Shown: positions 11,034 to 21,233 of the stretch, piece by piece
Layout: each line of letters opens with the position of its first letter
Numbering within the stretch: position 1 is the first letter of the stretch
NCBI GenBank assembly: GCA_019828565.1
Contig: JAHDYR010000012.1
Coordinates: 372,001 to 436,000 of the forward strand
Origin: Carpediemonas membranifera BICM
Lineage: Eukaryota > Protista > Fornicata
Direction: 5' to 3'
Length of the DNA: 64,000 bases
The notes under the pieces: generated by a model
The model's database searches: none
The model's input: the letters and a program-made list of their open reading frames with translations, nothing else
Told to the model about the DNA's origin: nothing
Position numbers and translations under genes: made by a program

Positions 11034-11993
11034 TCAGAGCGCGCTATACGACCCGCTATCCTTGTACCGGGGCCGGGGTGCGGCGGGGTCGCCCATTGAC
11101 TGGACAATGATGTCCTTCATCCGTACAATGGGCTTGGGCGTCTTGACGAAGAGCATGAGGATCATGGCGGCTGGTATGATCTGGAGCACGATGTAGAGCA
11201 GCTCGAGGTACCAGTACGTGACGTACTCGCAGTATGACCAGTATACGACGCAGTAGGTGTAGTAGAAGCGGCCCGTGTACAGCAAGTAGCTACCCTCCGT
11301 TAGCATGAACGTCGCGAACATGACGAAGAACGTGCTGCCCGCTCCCGTGATGAGTGCGATGCGGAAGACGACCATGCGGAGGTTAGCCACAGACCGGCGG
11401 AGGATGAGGAGCAGCCGAACGCCGTAGAAGAGGTACACGATGGTCATGGTGTAGTAGACGGCGGCCGTGAGGATGTTGCTGGCCCCGACGCACCTCAGCT
11501 GGTAGTCCATTCGGTCCATGCCGTAGCTCGTGATGAGGTAGGCCACAGTGTCCGCGATCAGCAGGCCGATGATGACCACGTTGAACGCGATGTTGAGCAC
11601 AAGGGCCATCTTGTGGCTCTTGGCGAGGGTGAGGTGGATTGTGTTGTACAGGAACGAGTGCCAGACGTGGATGACGAGGGAGTAGGCCACGAAGAGCAGG
11701 CAGATGGGGATGATGAACAGCAGATGCTTCAGGACATTCGGGATTGGCTGATAGAAGCGTACGCAATGCAAAAACGAGTTGATGAAACGAAGGAGGGCGA
11801 AGAAAAAGACGCAGCCGGACGTCAAAAGTGGTACTAATGACGGTTTCCGTCCCTTTGAGGCGAATTGAGAGGCAAATACGTAGATTGCTGATGCACAGAC
11901 CATCAAATAGAGCAATGAGCCGATCCCCATGACCGAATAGAAGGCCCAGAAGGTAAAAGAGTTCTGAATATGAAAGAAGGAGGACGCACTCAT
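11034..11993 (-). CDS. Seven-transmembrane protein (THH1/TOM1/GPR137-like)
   Basis: About 7 hydrophobic segments in 319 aa; pattern IPICLLFVAYSLVIHVW and YLFYGVRL. Confidence 0.65.
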   Translation of the reverse strand: MSASSFFHIQNSFTFWAFYSVMGIGSLLYLMVCASAIYVFASQFASKGRKPSLVPLLTSGCVFFFALLRFINSFLHCVRFYQPIPNVLKHLLFIIPICLLFVAYSLVIHVWHSFLYNTIHLTLAKSHKMALVLNIAFNVVIIGLLIADTVAYLITSYGMDRMDYQLRCVGASNILTAAVYYTMTIVYLFYGVRLLLILRRSVANLRMVVFRIALITGAGSTFFVMFATFMLTEGSYLLYTGRFYYTYCVVYWSYCEYVTYWYLELLYIVLQIIPAAMILMLFVKTPKPIVRMKDIIVQSMGDPAAPRPRYKDSGSYSAL

Positions 11994-12299
11994 GTGCTGA
12001 AGCGCTGAGAAGCGAAAGAGTCACGCGAAAAGGTGCGGGTCAAGGACGGTCAACGCCATTCAAATCTACATAATCAAGAAGATTTGGGCTACGGTCACGC
12101 AGTCGAGCATGCGCAGCCACCAGGAAACGCGAAACTAGTCGCCTCACTGCAGATATCATGATGGAAGACGATACTATCACGGGCGTCAATCCGGCGTTTG
12201 AAGTCTGTGGTGATTCCAGCAGTACCCACAGTCTGCATGCAGTTTATAAATCACTTTAACTCTCCGCTTCCCCTGTGTTCACCACAAAGTCAGGTGAGA

Positions 12300-12576
12300 G
12301 GGTCGGCGTTGTCGAGCGGCGTGAGGAGGGTGACGGTGGTAACGCCGTTGGCGGACTCGACCTCCAGGACGCCGCCGATGTCCTCGACGCAGTACTTCGA
12401 GTTCGACAGCCCGGCGTGCAGCTGCGCGTCGACGCCGACAAACGGCTCGAACTTGGCGAACTGACGGAACGGGATGCCCTCGCCGGAGTTGGACACGCGG
12501 ATCTCGAGCAGATCCGACTCTGCCGTGACTCGGGACAGTCGGATCGAGCTCGACCCGATCTGGTCGATCGTACCGA
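12300..12576 (-). repeat. 277-bp inverted copy of 16289-16565 (HATPase part of the pseudo-histidine kinase)
   Basis: Reverse complement of 16289-16565 with about 2 substitutions (GGVLEV vs GGALEV; DNADP vs DNTDP). Confidence 0.95.
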
Positions 12577-12625
12577 GCACCCCAGCCCACCATCCACGGC
12601 ACCCAAATCACGACACTAGTTCTGT

Positions 12626-13744
12626 TTACAAGTACTCAGCGTCCATGGCGACCAGCTCCTCCTCGGTCAGCAGCCCGCGCCGCGACACGTACCCTCGCAC
12701 GAGCGACCAGTCGCCGCTGATGGCGTAGAGGGTGACGACCCGCCCCTTCTCCAGCTGGACGTCCTGGGTCGGCTTGTGCCACGGGAGCCCATACAGGAAC
12801 TGCGTCTCGACGTCATGGCCGACGGCCTCGACGACCTCCTCTATCAGGTGCTTCCATCCAGTGGCGAGGGCCAGACCCTTTTCGCACACCCTTGCGCACT
12901 CGAGGAAGGCCGCCTGCAGCTCCTCCTCGGTGCCCCAGTGCTGGGCCGCGGCTGGGTCGCCGGCCTCGTAGGCGTAGGCCTTGCCGCGGACCAGGCGGAT
13001 CTCACCACCGGCACCGGCGATGAGCTCGGCGATGTCGACAGTGTCGCGGAACTCAGCCTGGTGGGCTATGCGGAAGCCGTGGGGCTTCGTGGCGTCCGGA
13101 ATGGTGGCCTCGAGCACGCGGATGTAGATCTCGACCGTCTTGTCACGATATTCCTTCTGCTCGATGTCAACCTCGAGGCCGACGCCCAGCTTGCTGCAGA
13201 CCCCGGCGAGCACGGCGAGGTTGGACTCAAAGAGCTCGGGAGTGATCTCCATGCCGAGCTGGGACGGCTTGATGGAGATGCTGCCGACCACGCCGGACTC
13301 GGCAACCATGCGAGCGAACTTAATGTACTTGGCAGTGTCGGCAACGGCCTTGTCCTCCTCGCCGGCGCGGTAGTGCTCGCCGCCGATGTTGAGGAGCATG
13401 CGGTAGCCTTCCTTGTTGAGTGCCAGGCTGTTTTCGATCGCCTCCTCGATGGAGAAGCCGACAGTGAGCGAGAGGGTCTTGGCAATGGCGGACTCGAGCA
13501 CTGTCTCGTCGACAAGGCCGGGCTGGCGGTGCTCAATGAGGGTGCAGAGGTAATTCACGGGAGTAACAGTGCACATGGAGTGCTTCTTCATCGTGCTGAG
13601 GGCGTTGTTGGGCAGCTCGACTGTGTAGAACGTCCTGAAGTTCGTCATGAGCTCTGTTGTCGAGTAGGTCCTCAATGTAGGGTAAAGGATGATGCCATAC
13701 ATCACTATCATCATCAGAAAGGCAACACGGGGCACAGACGACAT
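12626..13744 (-). CDS. Monofunctional (prokaryote-type) proline dehydrogenase homolog with N-terminal signal anchor
   Basis: GFSIEEAI, LNIGGE, SISIKPSQLG, VDIE, IRLVRGKAY, ETQFLYG and YVSRR match ProDH motifs. Hydrophobic N-terminus VAFLMMIVMYGIILY. Confidence 0.82.
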   Translation of the reverse strand: MSSVPRVAFLMMIVMYGIILYPTLRTYSTTELMTNFRTFYTVELPNNALSTMKKHSMCTVTPVNYLCTLIEHRQPGLVDETVLESAIAKTLSLTVGFSIEEAIENSLALNKEGYRMLLNIGGEHYRAGEEDKAVADTAKYIKFARMVAESGVVGSISIKPSQLGMEITPELFESNLAVLAGVCSKLGVGLEVDIEQKEYRDKTVEIYIRVLEATIPDATKPHGFRIAHQAEFRDTVDIAELIAGAGGEIRLVRGKAYAYEAGDPAAAQHWGTEEELQAAFLECARVCEKGLALATGWKHLIEEVVEAVGHDVETQFLYGLPWHKPTQDVQLEKGRVVTLYAISGDWSLVRGYVSRRGLLTEEELVAMDAEYL

Positions 13745-13777
13745 GTTTGTCTCGGTTCACCTTCTTCTGACAGCGCA

Positions 13778-13789
13778 GTGATGACGTCA
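13778..13789 (-). promoter_or_regulatory. CRE/ATF-like element TGACGTCATCAC upstream of ProDH
   Basis: Palindromic TGACGTCA core about 34 nt upstream of the ATG; the identical 12-mer lies upstream of the PDI gene. Confidence 0.4.
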
Positions 13790-14091
13790 GGCTGACATGA
13801 TCAATCCGGAGATTTGACCGCCAGTGCGAGCACTTAGTGTCGGATCAGTGGGACAAGCTGAGATAGCGTGGATTGGACAGCGTGCCATGCCACTATGATT
13901 CCCGATGAGACTGGGATGGCTTGTGTCATCATGCTCGGAGTCACGCCGGTGGCCAGCAGACAGTATAAACGGCATGACGTTCACTACGCCCCAGGACCCT
14001 CCGTCCGAACCGCCTCCCCGTCCGGCATGTGCAGGTTTGGCCTTCCCCGACGACCTGTCGCCAATGACATGCGGCAATCAGTGCAACTGGG

Positions 14092-16818
14092 ATGAGGTTG
14101 GTTCTACCTGATTGGAACACTCAAAAAGCAACAATTATTGCCTCATCTCTCATCCTATCCGAGCTGGCTGCCGACGCCGTGTTTCCGCACGTCCTCCGCA
14201 GCGAAGACGCCGTTGGGTTCTGCATCGGGCTCTCTCTGGCAAGCATGAGTCTCTTAGCTATCAGTATCCAGGCCAAGGCCGTCGTCCAGCTGCTCTCTTC
14301 ACTCATTCTCATCCTGTCACTCCTTGCATCGCCCCCTTCCACCGGTCAGGCGGTGTACCACGCCATCGTGCTCATCGTTACTCGGGCACTGGCCCTCATA
14401 GGGTTTGCTGCCCGGATAAGGCAGGACGAGCGACTCTGCTCACGGCACGCAGCCCTTTCCCAGGCGACTTCCACTGCGGTTGGGGCGACGATCGCCGTCA
14501 TCTCAGCACTCGAGGCGGCCAAGATGGCCCAGGACGGCCGTGTGCTAGCTCACTCTATCCACCCCGTCTGCCAGGCCGTCCTCATCGGCAACGTAGGGCT
14601 CGTGCTCAGCATCCGGCGGGGATTGATCGAGGTGCAAGCAGAGTTCGACTTCAAGGGTGTGGAGGGCACACCGCATCAGCCCCTGACGTCCCCGCTATCG
14701 CCCAGGCTGCTTGTATTCCTCCTCCTGCTGATGTTCCTGGCCACGCCGGCCTCCCTCCCCGTCGTGCTCGCCCCTTACGCCCTGCTCGCCTTCGAGAGTA
14801 TCCGCGACATGCGGGACAGCGCGTCCTTGGTGTCCCTCCTGACGATTGTCTTCGGTCTTGCCCTCTCCTTCGCCAAGGACGTGACACCGTCCGTCGCGGG
14901 TGTGATTGTGTCACTGCATGCCGTGCTGATGGCGATCAAGCCGTCAGTAGACGAGGCCACAAGCACAGGCGGCAAGAACGCCACCAACCCCGAGCAGCGG
15001 ATCCTAGACAACGTGGTCGAGGCCCTCTTCCACGCCTCGATCCTCCCCTCGGACAGCCTCACGGCACAGATCCTCGCCCAGCACCTGCCAGCGATGTTCA
15101 AGGAGCGGCCGTACACCCTCAAGCTGTGGCGCTCCTTCCCCGGCGAGCGTCTGGTCGAGCTCCTGTCAATGGGCCGACCCCTCGCCATACACGCGGGGGA
15201 CGTCGACAGGCTGTTCCCGCCCTTTGACAGGAACCACGTGACGTCGAGGTGGAAGCTGAGGGAGCGCATGCCCGTCAAGGAGACCCGCCTGTTAAGACCC
15301 CGACACCGGCAGCCGGCGGGGCAGGAGGTGTCCCGGATGTATCTGGCCAAGCGGCGAGGGTCACTGCGGCAGGAGATCGCCAGGTCGACGGTCAGCCACG
15401 TCCGGCGGCAGCGGGCGGAGCAGCCGGGTGGAAACTCTAACTCCCCGATACGACGGTCATTCGACCTCGCAGCAGGCATCGGCACTTCTTTCGGCGACGA
15501 CAAACGCCTGGCGACTGGGCTGATATTCTCCCCAGGCGACTCCACCGACTCGGTGACGCCGACGGAGAGCGACACCCCTGTCGACAGCGACGAGCCTTAC
15601 AGCACCGAACGACTCCTGCCCGAGTTCCTGACGTCGATCTCGGTTGTCTCTGGGACATCTGTCGCCACGCGGACAACCAAGAACTGCGTCGTCATTGTGA
15701 TGTATCTTGAGTACGAGTGGTCTTCCGGGTCGAGGCTCCACAAGGGCGAGGGGCTCGGCCCCCCCGCGTCCACTCTTTCAGACATCGCCACGGTCGTCGG
15801 GGTGACCGCGGACCGGCAGCTCTACACGGACCAGCTGAGGGTGAGGATGGCGGCCGACAGCGACAGGTCGAGGTCCCAGCAGTTCTTCCTGTCCAACCTG
15901 CAGCAGAGGCTCCAGGGCCCGCTGGTCACCATCAAGAAGCTCACTGAGGAGATGGCCCAGGACTGCCCCAGCGGGAACGGCCTCATCCTCGCCCGGAGCA
16001 CCGCCGCAGTGTGTGACTCTGTTCTGACGACGATAGCGGGGCCCAGCGGTGTCGTGCTCTCGTCCGAGGTGGTAATCAGAGACGTCATCTACCTCAAGTC
16101 CGAGCTGTTCCACCGGGGTCGGGACTTTGGCGTGTTCGTGTCGAGAGACGTCCCCCTTAAAGTGCGGGTTCACGCTGTCTCCCTCATCGCCGTCCTGGAC
16201 GCGCTGCTGTCGAACGCCACGAACTACACCACTGACTGGGTGCACCTCTCCGTGTCGGTCGTTCCCAAGGGTGAGAGTGCCCGTTGGGTCGGTACGATCG
16301 ACCAGATCGGGTCGAGCTCGATCCGACTGTCCCGAGTCACGGCAGAGTCGGATCTGCTCGAGATCCGCGTGTCCAACTCCGGCGAGGGCATCCCGTTCCG
16401 TCAGTTCGCCAAGTTCGAGCCGTTTGTCGGCGTCGACGCGCAGCTGCACGCCGGGCTGTCGAACTCGAAGTACTGCGTCGAGGACATCGGCGGCGCCCTG
16501 GAGGTCGAGTCCGCCAACGGCGTTACCACCGTCACCCTCCTCACGCCGCTCGACAACACCGACCCAGCCCCAATATCAGAGCCACTGGACGTTGATGTCG
16601 ATGTCCAGCTGCCCAACCTGCCACATGAACGTGAGGCGATGGCCGGTATCCTCGGGCTGCTGGGCGCCCGTGTTGTCGAGGGCGCGCTGATCCGGGTGGA
16701 AGAACACAGCATGCAGACGCTGGCCATGAGCGTCGGTGGGAGAACCGAGCTGATCACCCGACCCGCGTCACCCAGCGCAGTTCGGGCAGCAGTGCAAGCC
16801 GTGCTGGGTCGACCTTAA
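14092..16818 (+). CDS. Multi-TM pseudo-histidine kinase (degenerate HisKA + HATPase_c)
   Basis: N-terminal TM helices; H-box-like FFLSNLQQRLQGPL without His; N box ALLSNATNYT; G1-like VSNSGEGIP; GGALEVES..GVTTVTLLTPL. A possible upstream exon from 13905 via a 28-nt intron (14101-14128) is unconfirmed. Confidence 0.75.
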   Translation: MRLVLPDWNTQKATIIASSLILSELAADAVFPHVLRSEDAVGFCIGLSLASMSLLAISIQAKAVVQLLSSLILILSLLASPPSTGQAVYHAIVLIVTRALALIGFAARIRQDERLCSRHAALSQATSTAVGATIAVISALEAAKMAQDGRVLAHSIHPVCQAVLIGNVGLVLSIRRGLIEVQAEFDFKGVEGTPHQPLTSPLSPRLLVFLLLLMFLATPASLPVVLAPYALLAFESIRDMRDSASLVSLLTIVFGLALSFAKDVTPSVAGVIVSLHAVLMAIKPSVDEATSTGGKNATNPEQRILDNVVEALFHASILPSDSLTAQILAQHLPAMFKERPYTLKLWRSFPGERLVELLSMGRPLAIHAGDVDRLFPPFDRNHVTSRWKLRERMPVKETRLLRPRHRQPAGQEVSRMYLAKRRGSLRQEIARSTVSHVRRQRAEQPGGNSNSPIRRSFDLAAGIGTSFGDDKRLATGLIFSPGDSTDSVTPTESDTPVDSDEPYSTERLLPEFLTSISVVSGTSVATRTTKNCVVIVMYLEYEWSSGSRLHKGEGLGPPASTLSDIATVVGVTADRQLYTDQLRVRMAADSDRSRSQQFFLSNLQQRLQGPLVTIKKLTEEMAQDCPSGNGLILARSTAAVCDSVLTTIAGPSGVVLSSEVVIRDVIYLKSELFHRGRDFGVFVSRDVPLKVRVHAVSLIAVLDALLSNATNYTTDWVHLSVSVVPKGESARWVGTIDQIGSSSIRLSRVTAESDLLEIRVSNSGEGIPFRQFAKFEPFVGVDAQLHAGLSNSKYCVEDIGGALEVESANGVTTVTLLTPLDNTDPAPISEPLDVDVDVQLPNLPHEREAMAGILGLLGARVVEGALIRVEEHSMQTLAMSVGGRTELITRPASPSAVRAAVQAVLGRP

Positions 16819-16844
16819 AAGTGAATTTACATGTTATGTACAGC

Positions 16845-19800
16845 TTATTGTATCTCCTCATCATCGGGGAAGAACTCGAGGAACTTCTCAAGGATCTTCG
16901 GCCCCAGGTCGTTGCGGGGCATTGATTGGAACAGCAGGTCGAACTGGCGCCGGGTCTTTGTCATGCGGATAATCGTTCGGAAAAAGTACAGGAAGTAGAA
17001 CACGCCCAGCAGCACGACGAACACGGCAAAGAACAGGATGATGTTCGTCTGTGTGTTGTTGATCTGAGTCACAAAGCGGTTCCGCATGCTGAACTGCAGC
17101 TGGTACATGCCCCCTGACATGTCAAGCACGGCCGTCTCATTCAGGAAGGCCTGGCCGGGGCCGTACATCGTGCCCGCGGCCACCTCCTCGAGGGCGATGT
17201 CAGCGTACGACAGGTAGGCCTGTGCGAGGGCAAGCAGGCCCTGTTGGGTCTCGGGCGACCGTGTCGCGGTGCAGGCGGTTTCATGGACCCTCAGGCATTC
17301 GAGCGAGTGGAGGGCAAGGTCGAGTGTAGCCTCGTTGTAGCCCAGCATCCACTGGTCCTGGGCGAGCACAGACAGCAGCTTCTCGGACAGCGTCCTGGTG
17401 GTGGAATCCTCGAGGTTCCAGGCGTAGTCGATGACGAGGAGGTCCGTGTCAAGGCCGGTGAGGTAGGGCACCAGTTCCTGCAGGATTCCCGTGTCGAAGG
17501 CCATCCATAACATCATGGTGCCAGTGTCCAGGGGGGCGGTGGCGCTGTCCCACGTTGTAGCGGCGGCGATCTGGTTGAGGTGGGCGAGCAGGAGCAGCTC
17601 GCGGTACTGGATGAAGATGTTGCCCGCCGTCTGTGTAATGTCGCCGGTTTCGTACAGGGCATATCCGGTCATGGCGACGAAGATGAGGCCGAATGCGAAC
17701 AACCACACCGCCAACATGGGCAGCTGCCGCATGGCGTAGGTCAGCCTGATACTGCTCTGGCTGATCTTGGCGCCGACCTGCTGCTTGTCGTCGGTGATGG
17801 TGTTGTAGACCGCTGATGCCATCTGGACCAACGAACTAGAGTTCTTCTTAGGCTTCTGCCGCTCGGGCGGGGAGTCGGCGCTCAGGGTTTGGGCCAGTGG
17901 GTGCAGCACTTCAGGCTCCGCGTCGGGGTCGAACTGGTCGGACCCGGTGCTGCTGACAGAGGGGCTGCGGGCCACGATCGACCGCATGCCGCCCGGGATA
18001 GGGGAGTGAATGGGCTTTCTCGGCTGGCTGTCCGTGTCCGAGCTGTCCGAAGACCCATTGGCCTGGCCGTCGAACCCGGGCTCTCGGGGCGTGTTGTCGA
18101 AGGAGCTGCCGATCTCCAGCGCCTCGACCTCGTCAAGTGGCGGCTCGAACCGGGTATAGGAGTACTGCGCCTGGCTGGCGGCGTGGCTGGCAGCGTCGAT
18201 GGGGATGTCGTCGTCAGACGCGTCGAGGTGCACCGACTGGTGGCGGGAGTGCATCGAGCCGTTAGACTGGGAGAGACGCTCCTTGAGGGCGAGCCTCTTC
18301 GACCGGGACCGCTCGTATCGCAGGATAAGCTGGTCGATCGCCACGGGGTTGACGCTGGCGAATAGCTGGACGAGGTGTGCGCTGAAAGTGACGTCCTGGG
18401 CCATCGGGACGATATAGAGGATGCCCGCGACGAAGAGGAACATCAAGAGGAACAGGGCGAAGATGACTACGAACACGGCGAGCTCGATCACAGGGAATAT
18501 CTGGGACTTCTGGTACACTGAGTCGGCAACCCTGAAGAGCTGGTAGATGACGGTGGAGCCGAGTGTGTATTCGTAGCCGAGGAGGTGGTCGTTGAGTTCC
18601 GCAGTGCAGGCGTTGATAGGGTCGGCGTGGCCGGCAGCGGTGCGTTCGTTGATGCAGTAGACGATGGCCTCGGCGGTGAAGATTGTCTTGGACACGAACT
18701 GATAGACTGACTCGGTGGTGTATTCGGAGTCAAGCACGGCGTCAGTGAAGGTTGCGGAGGACACCTCGGTCGTTGCAAGCAGGCCCTTGAGGTCGTAGAT
18801 CACGCGGGTAGACCCCTTAATCATTAGATTGACAAACTCATCGTAGAACGACAAGCTGACCGCCTCCATGCTCTCGTACGGGTTCTCCGACATGTAGCTC
18901 CAGTCATTGTTCTCAAAGACGTACAGGAAGTTGTGGTACGTGCCGAGCGAGGCCATGATGTAGTCTTCGCTGAGGTCCTCGGTCATCGCCTTCCAGAAGG
19001 GACCCGCGCACTGGGCGGCGGCGGCGAGTGTGGTAGCGCTGCCGGTGGCCCTAAGGGTGGAGTAGCCGAGGCCAACCATCTGGATGCCCGTGGCGACACC
19101 AGACGAGATGATGAGTTGCCATGATATGAAGCGGCACATCTGGAGGGCAATGGTGACCATGAGGATGCTCGACCCGAAGAGAGCGGCGATGAGCATCACG
19201 GAGACGAGCGCCCTGATGTGGAGAGAGATGAACGACGTCGACCGGCGGGCGAGGTCGAACATGGCGATCTTGGGCGTCTTCCTGCGGCGTCTGATGTCAC
19301 CGTGTTCGTTTCCCCGGACGACCTCGAGCTCATCGGCCTGCCCCTCGAGCGCGTTGATGTACTCGCTGACGATCTCGTGTCGGTTGACCAGCCCGACGTA
19401 CTGAATATACGACCGCAGCAGTCGGGGCGTGGGGTCCCGAAGCATGCGGGCGTACAGCTTCTCCGTGCTGACCATCATCCCCTGGATCTTCTGGACGTTA
19501 CTGACGAACCCGTTGAGTCGTCTCAGCCCGATCCGTTGGGTACGTTGGGCCGCCACCTGGTTCCAGAAGGTCGCCAGCGCGTCCGTCAGCCTCCTCTGAC
19601 TCCGGAGCAGAGTCGTGGTGTTCCGCTGGGTCTCGAGGCGCTCCATGACGCTGGAGTCGCCCTGGAGGGACGAGGAGTACTTCTGTGTGATGAAGGCGAA
19701 GTACTGGACATCAACGAAGAGGAGTGTTTGGTTGAACACGTCCGTCGTGCCGTTGATGGCGCTCTGAAGGTTGGTGCTCTTGAAGCAGGCGACGAAGTGG

Positions 19801-21233
19801 ATGTACGCCATCGTAGCAAAGGATGAGCGCCGCCACTTACTGCGGACGAACTGGAAGAGTCGCACCACGGTGTCGACCTCGGCGCTGAGCTCGGCGTGGG
19901 AGGCCTTGAGCGTGTCTCTCCACTCCTGGGGCAGCACGTCGTAGTCTATCGTACCCCCATCAGAGATACCGCCCGTGTACTCCATGACCGTCATCGGCAC
20001 GCGACGCTCGATGGAGTCAATGATGGCTCTCAGCTTGCGGATGCGGCGGATGGACTGGCGCACGGCGATTTCAACCTGAATGGGGCGATGGATGGGCACC
20101 TTGTAGTTGGCCGCGAGCATGGCGGTCAGCTCGGCGCTGTCGCCCCGGAGGTTACGGAGGAACAGGCGGTACTTGCGGAGGGGGAACTCCGTGACGAAGA
20201 GACTGAGGAATGGCCAGCCGGCGAAGAGGGGCATGGCGACGAGACCAACCCACGTGGCGCCCCAGTGGATGGAGAAGCACGTCGGGACGAGCATGGCCGC
20301 GATGAGGACCGAGCGGGCAATGTTGGCGTACATGGCGTAGTATGGGATGTAGAAGGCGTACGCCGCGGCGGTGACCAGGGCAAGGAATATTATGAAGCCG
20401 GCGGGGACCTCGGTGTGATCGAGGCCAGGGATGAGCGGCATCAGGACCATGGCCGTCTTCGCCACAAGATAGACGACGTCGACACGAGCGTGCATGCGGG
20501 CCAAGGGGTTCTTGGCCGTCATCACGGACGGGAAGACGAGGAGGGTGAGTGCGAATGTCGTGCAGAAGACGGCGATGAACATGATGACAGCCGCACCGGC
20601 GATCATGTAGTTCACGACAGCGCCCTCCTCTATGTTGTTGACGGCGATAGTGATGTACGTCTCTATTATTGGGATGTAGCCACCTGCTAGCATGACGGCG
20701 ACGACGAGCTTGATGAAGCGGACGAAGAGCATGTTGGGCACCTGAGAGGATTGGATGGCTCGAATAGAGATCACCGCGATGGCTACGAAGGCGGCATACA
20801 CGAGGGTGATGAGGAGTCCGATGGACGACAGGTAAGTCGGCCCGAGGTCCTCGAAGGCTGGAGCGAGACGGACGTATGAGATGTACCGCTGGACGTGGTG
20901 GAAGTCTATGCCGAATGGTGTGATCGCAACCATGTTGGTTCCCAGCGGGATCGTGTAGAGCTGGACGTATTCGATGAGGGTGAGCATGAGTGAAATTAAA
21001 GCCATCAGCATGGTGCCTGTCGTGGATAGATAGACGAGCTCGAAGACGCGGTTCTTAAATTGTTGAGAGAAATCGAGCCCGGCGTTGCTGCTGATGCCCG
21101 AGGAGGCCACACTTCCCTGGGACTTGCTCAGCTGCGATTCCCCGGACGCTGAAGATCGAGAATCGAAGTCTGTGTTTGAATAATTACCGATATGGTCGCC
21201 GTATTCGGGAGGAATCGAATACGGGGCTTCCAT
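16845..21233 (-). CDS. TmcB/TmcC-like large polytopic membrane protein
   Basis: 1462 aa; N-terminal TM cluster, helical repeat segments (FWNQV, LLRSYIQYVGLV), then further TM pairs, as in protist tiny-macrocyst B/C proteins. Confidence 0.7.
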   Translation of the reverse strand: MEAPYSIPPEYGDHIGNYSNTDFDSRSSASGESQLSKSQGSVASSGISSNAGLDFSQQFKNRVFELVYLSTTGTMLMALISLMLTLIEYVQLYTIPLGTNMVAITPFGIDFHHVQRYISYVRLAPAFEDLGPTYLSSIGLLITLVYAAFVAIAVISIRAIQSSQVPNMLFVRFIKLVVAVMLAGGYIPIIETYITIAVNNIEEGAVVNYMIAGAAVIMFIAVFCTTFALTLLVFPSVMTAKNPLARMHARVDVVYLVAKTAMVLMPLIPGLDHTEVPAGFIIFLALVTAAAYAFYIPYYAMYANIARSVLIAAMLVPTCFSIHWGATWVGLVAMPLFAGWPFLSLFVTEFPLRKYRLFLRNLRGDSAELTAMLAANYKVPIHRPIQVEIAVRQSIRRIRKLRAIIDSIERRVPMTVMEYTGGISDGGTIDYDVLPQEWRDTLKASHAELSAEVDTVVRLFQFVRSKWRRSSFATMAYIHFVACFKSTNLQSAINGTTDVFNQTLLFVDVQYFAFITQKYSSSLQGDSSVMERLETQRNTTTLLRSQRRLTDALATFWNQVAAQRTQRIGLRRLNGFVSNVQKIQGMMVSTEKLYARMLRDPTPRLLRSYIQYVGLVNRHEIVSEYINALEGQADELEVVRGNEHGDIRRRRKTPKIAMFDLARRSTSFISLHIRALVSVMLIAALFGSSILMVTIALQMCRFISWQLIISSGVATGIQMVGLGYSTLRATGSATTLAAAAQCAGPFWKAMTEDLSEDYIMASLGTYHNFLYVFENNDWSYMSENPYESMEAVSLSFYDEFVNLMIKGSTRVIYDLKGLLATTEVSSATFTDAVLDSEYTTESVYQFVSKTIFTAEAIVYCINERTAAGHADPINACTAELNDHLLGYEYTLGSTVIYQLFRVADSVYQKSQIFPVIELAVFVVIFALFLLMFLFVAGILYIVPMAQDVTFSAHLVQLFASVNPVAIDQLILRYERSRSKRLALKERLSQSNGSMHSRHQSVHLDASDDDIPIDAASHAASQAQYSYTRFEPPLDEVEALEIGSSFDNTPREPGFDGQANGSSDSSDTDSQPRKPIHSPIPGGMRSIVARSPSVSSTGSDQFDPDAEPEVLHPLAQTLSADSPPERQKPKKNSSSLVQMASAVYNTITDDKQQVGAKISQSSIRLTYAMRQLPMLAVWLFAFGLIFVAMTGYALYETGDITQTAGNIFIQYRELLLLAHLNQIAAATTWDSATAPLDTGTMMLWMAFDTGILQELVPYLTGLDTDLLVIDYAWNLEDSTTRTLSEKLLSVLAQDQWMLGYNEATLDLALHSLECLRVHETACTATRSPETQQGLLALAQAYLSYADIALEEVAAGTMYGPGQAFLNETAVLDMSGGMYQLQFSMRNRFVTQINNTQTNIILFFAVFVVLLGVFYFLYFFRTIIRMTKTRRQFDLLFQSMPRNDLGPKILEKFLEFFPDDEEIQ

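Noticed and set aside
12776-13795. Long antisense ORFs (here, 21750..22763, 56301..57218 and many others)
   Set aside because: Shadows of GC3-biased sense genes; no recognisable motifs.
13778-13861. Possible C/D snoRNA (GTGATGA...CTGA)
   Set aside because: No convincing terminal stem or long rRNA-complementary guide; better explained as a promoter element.
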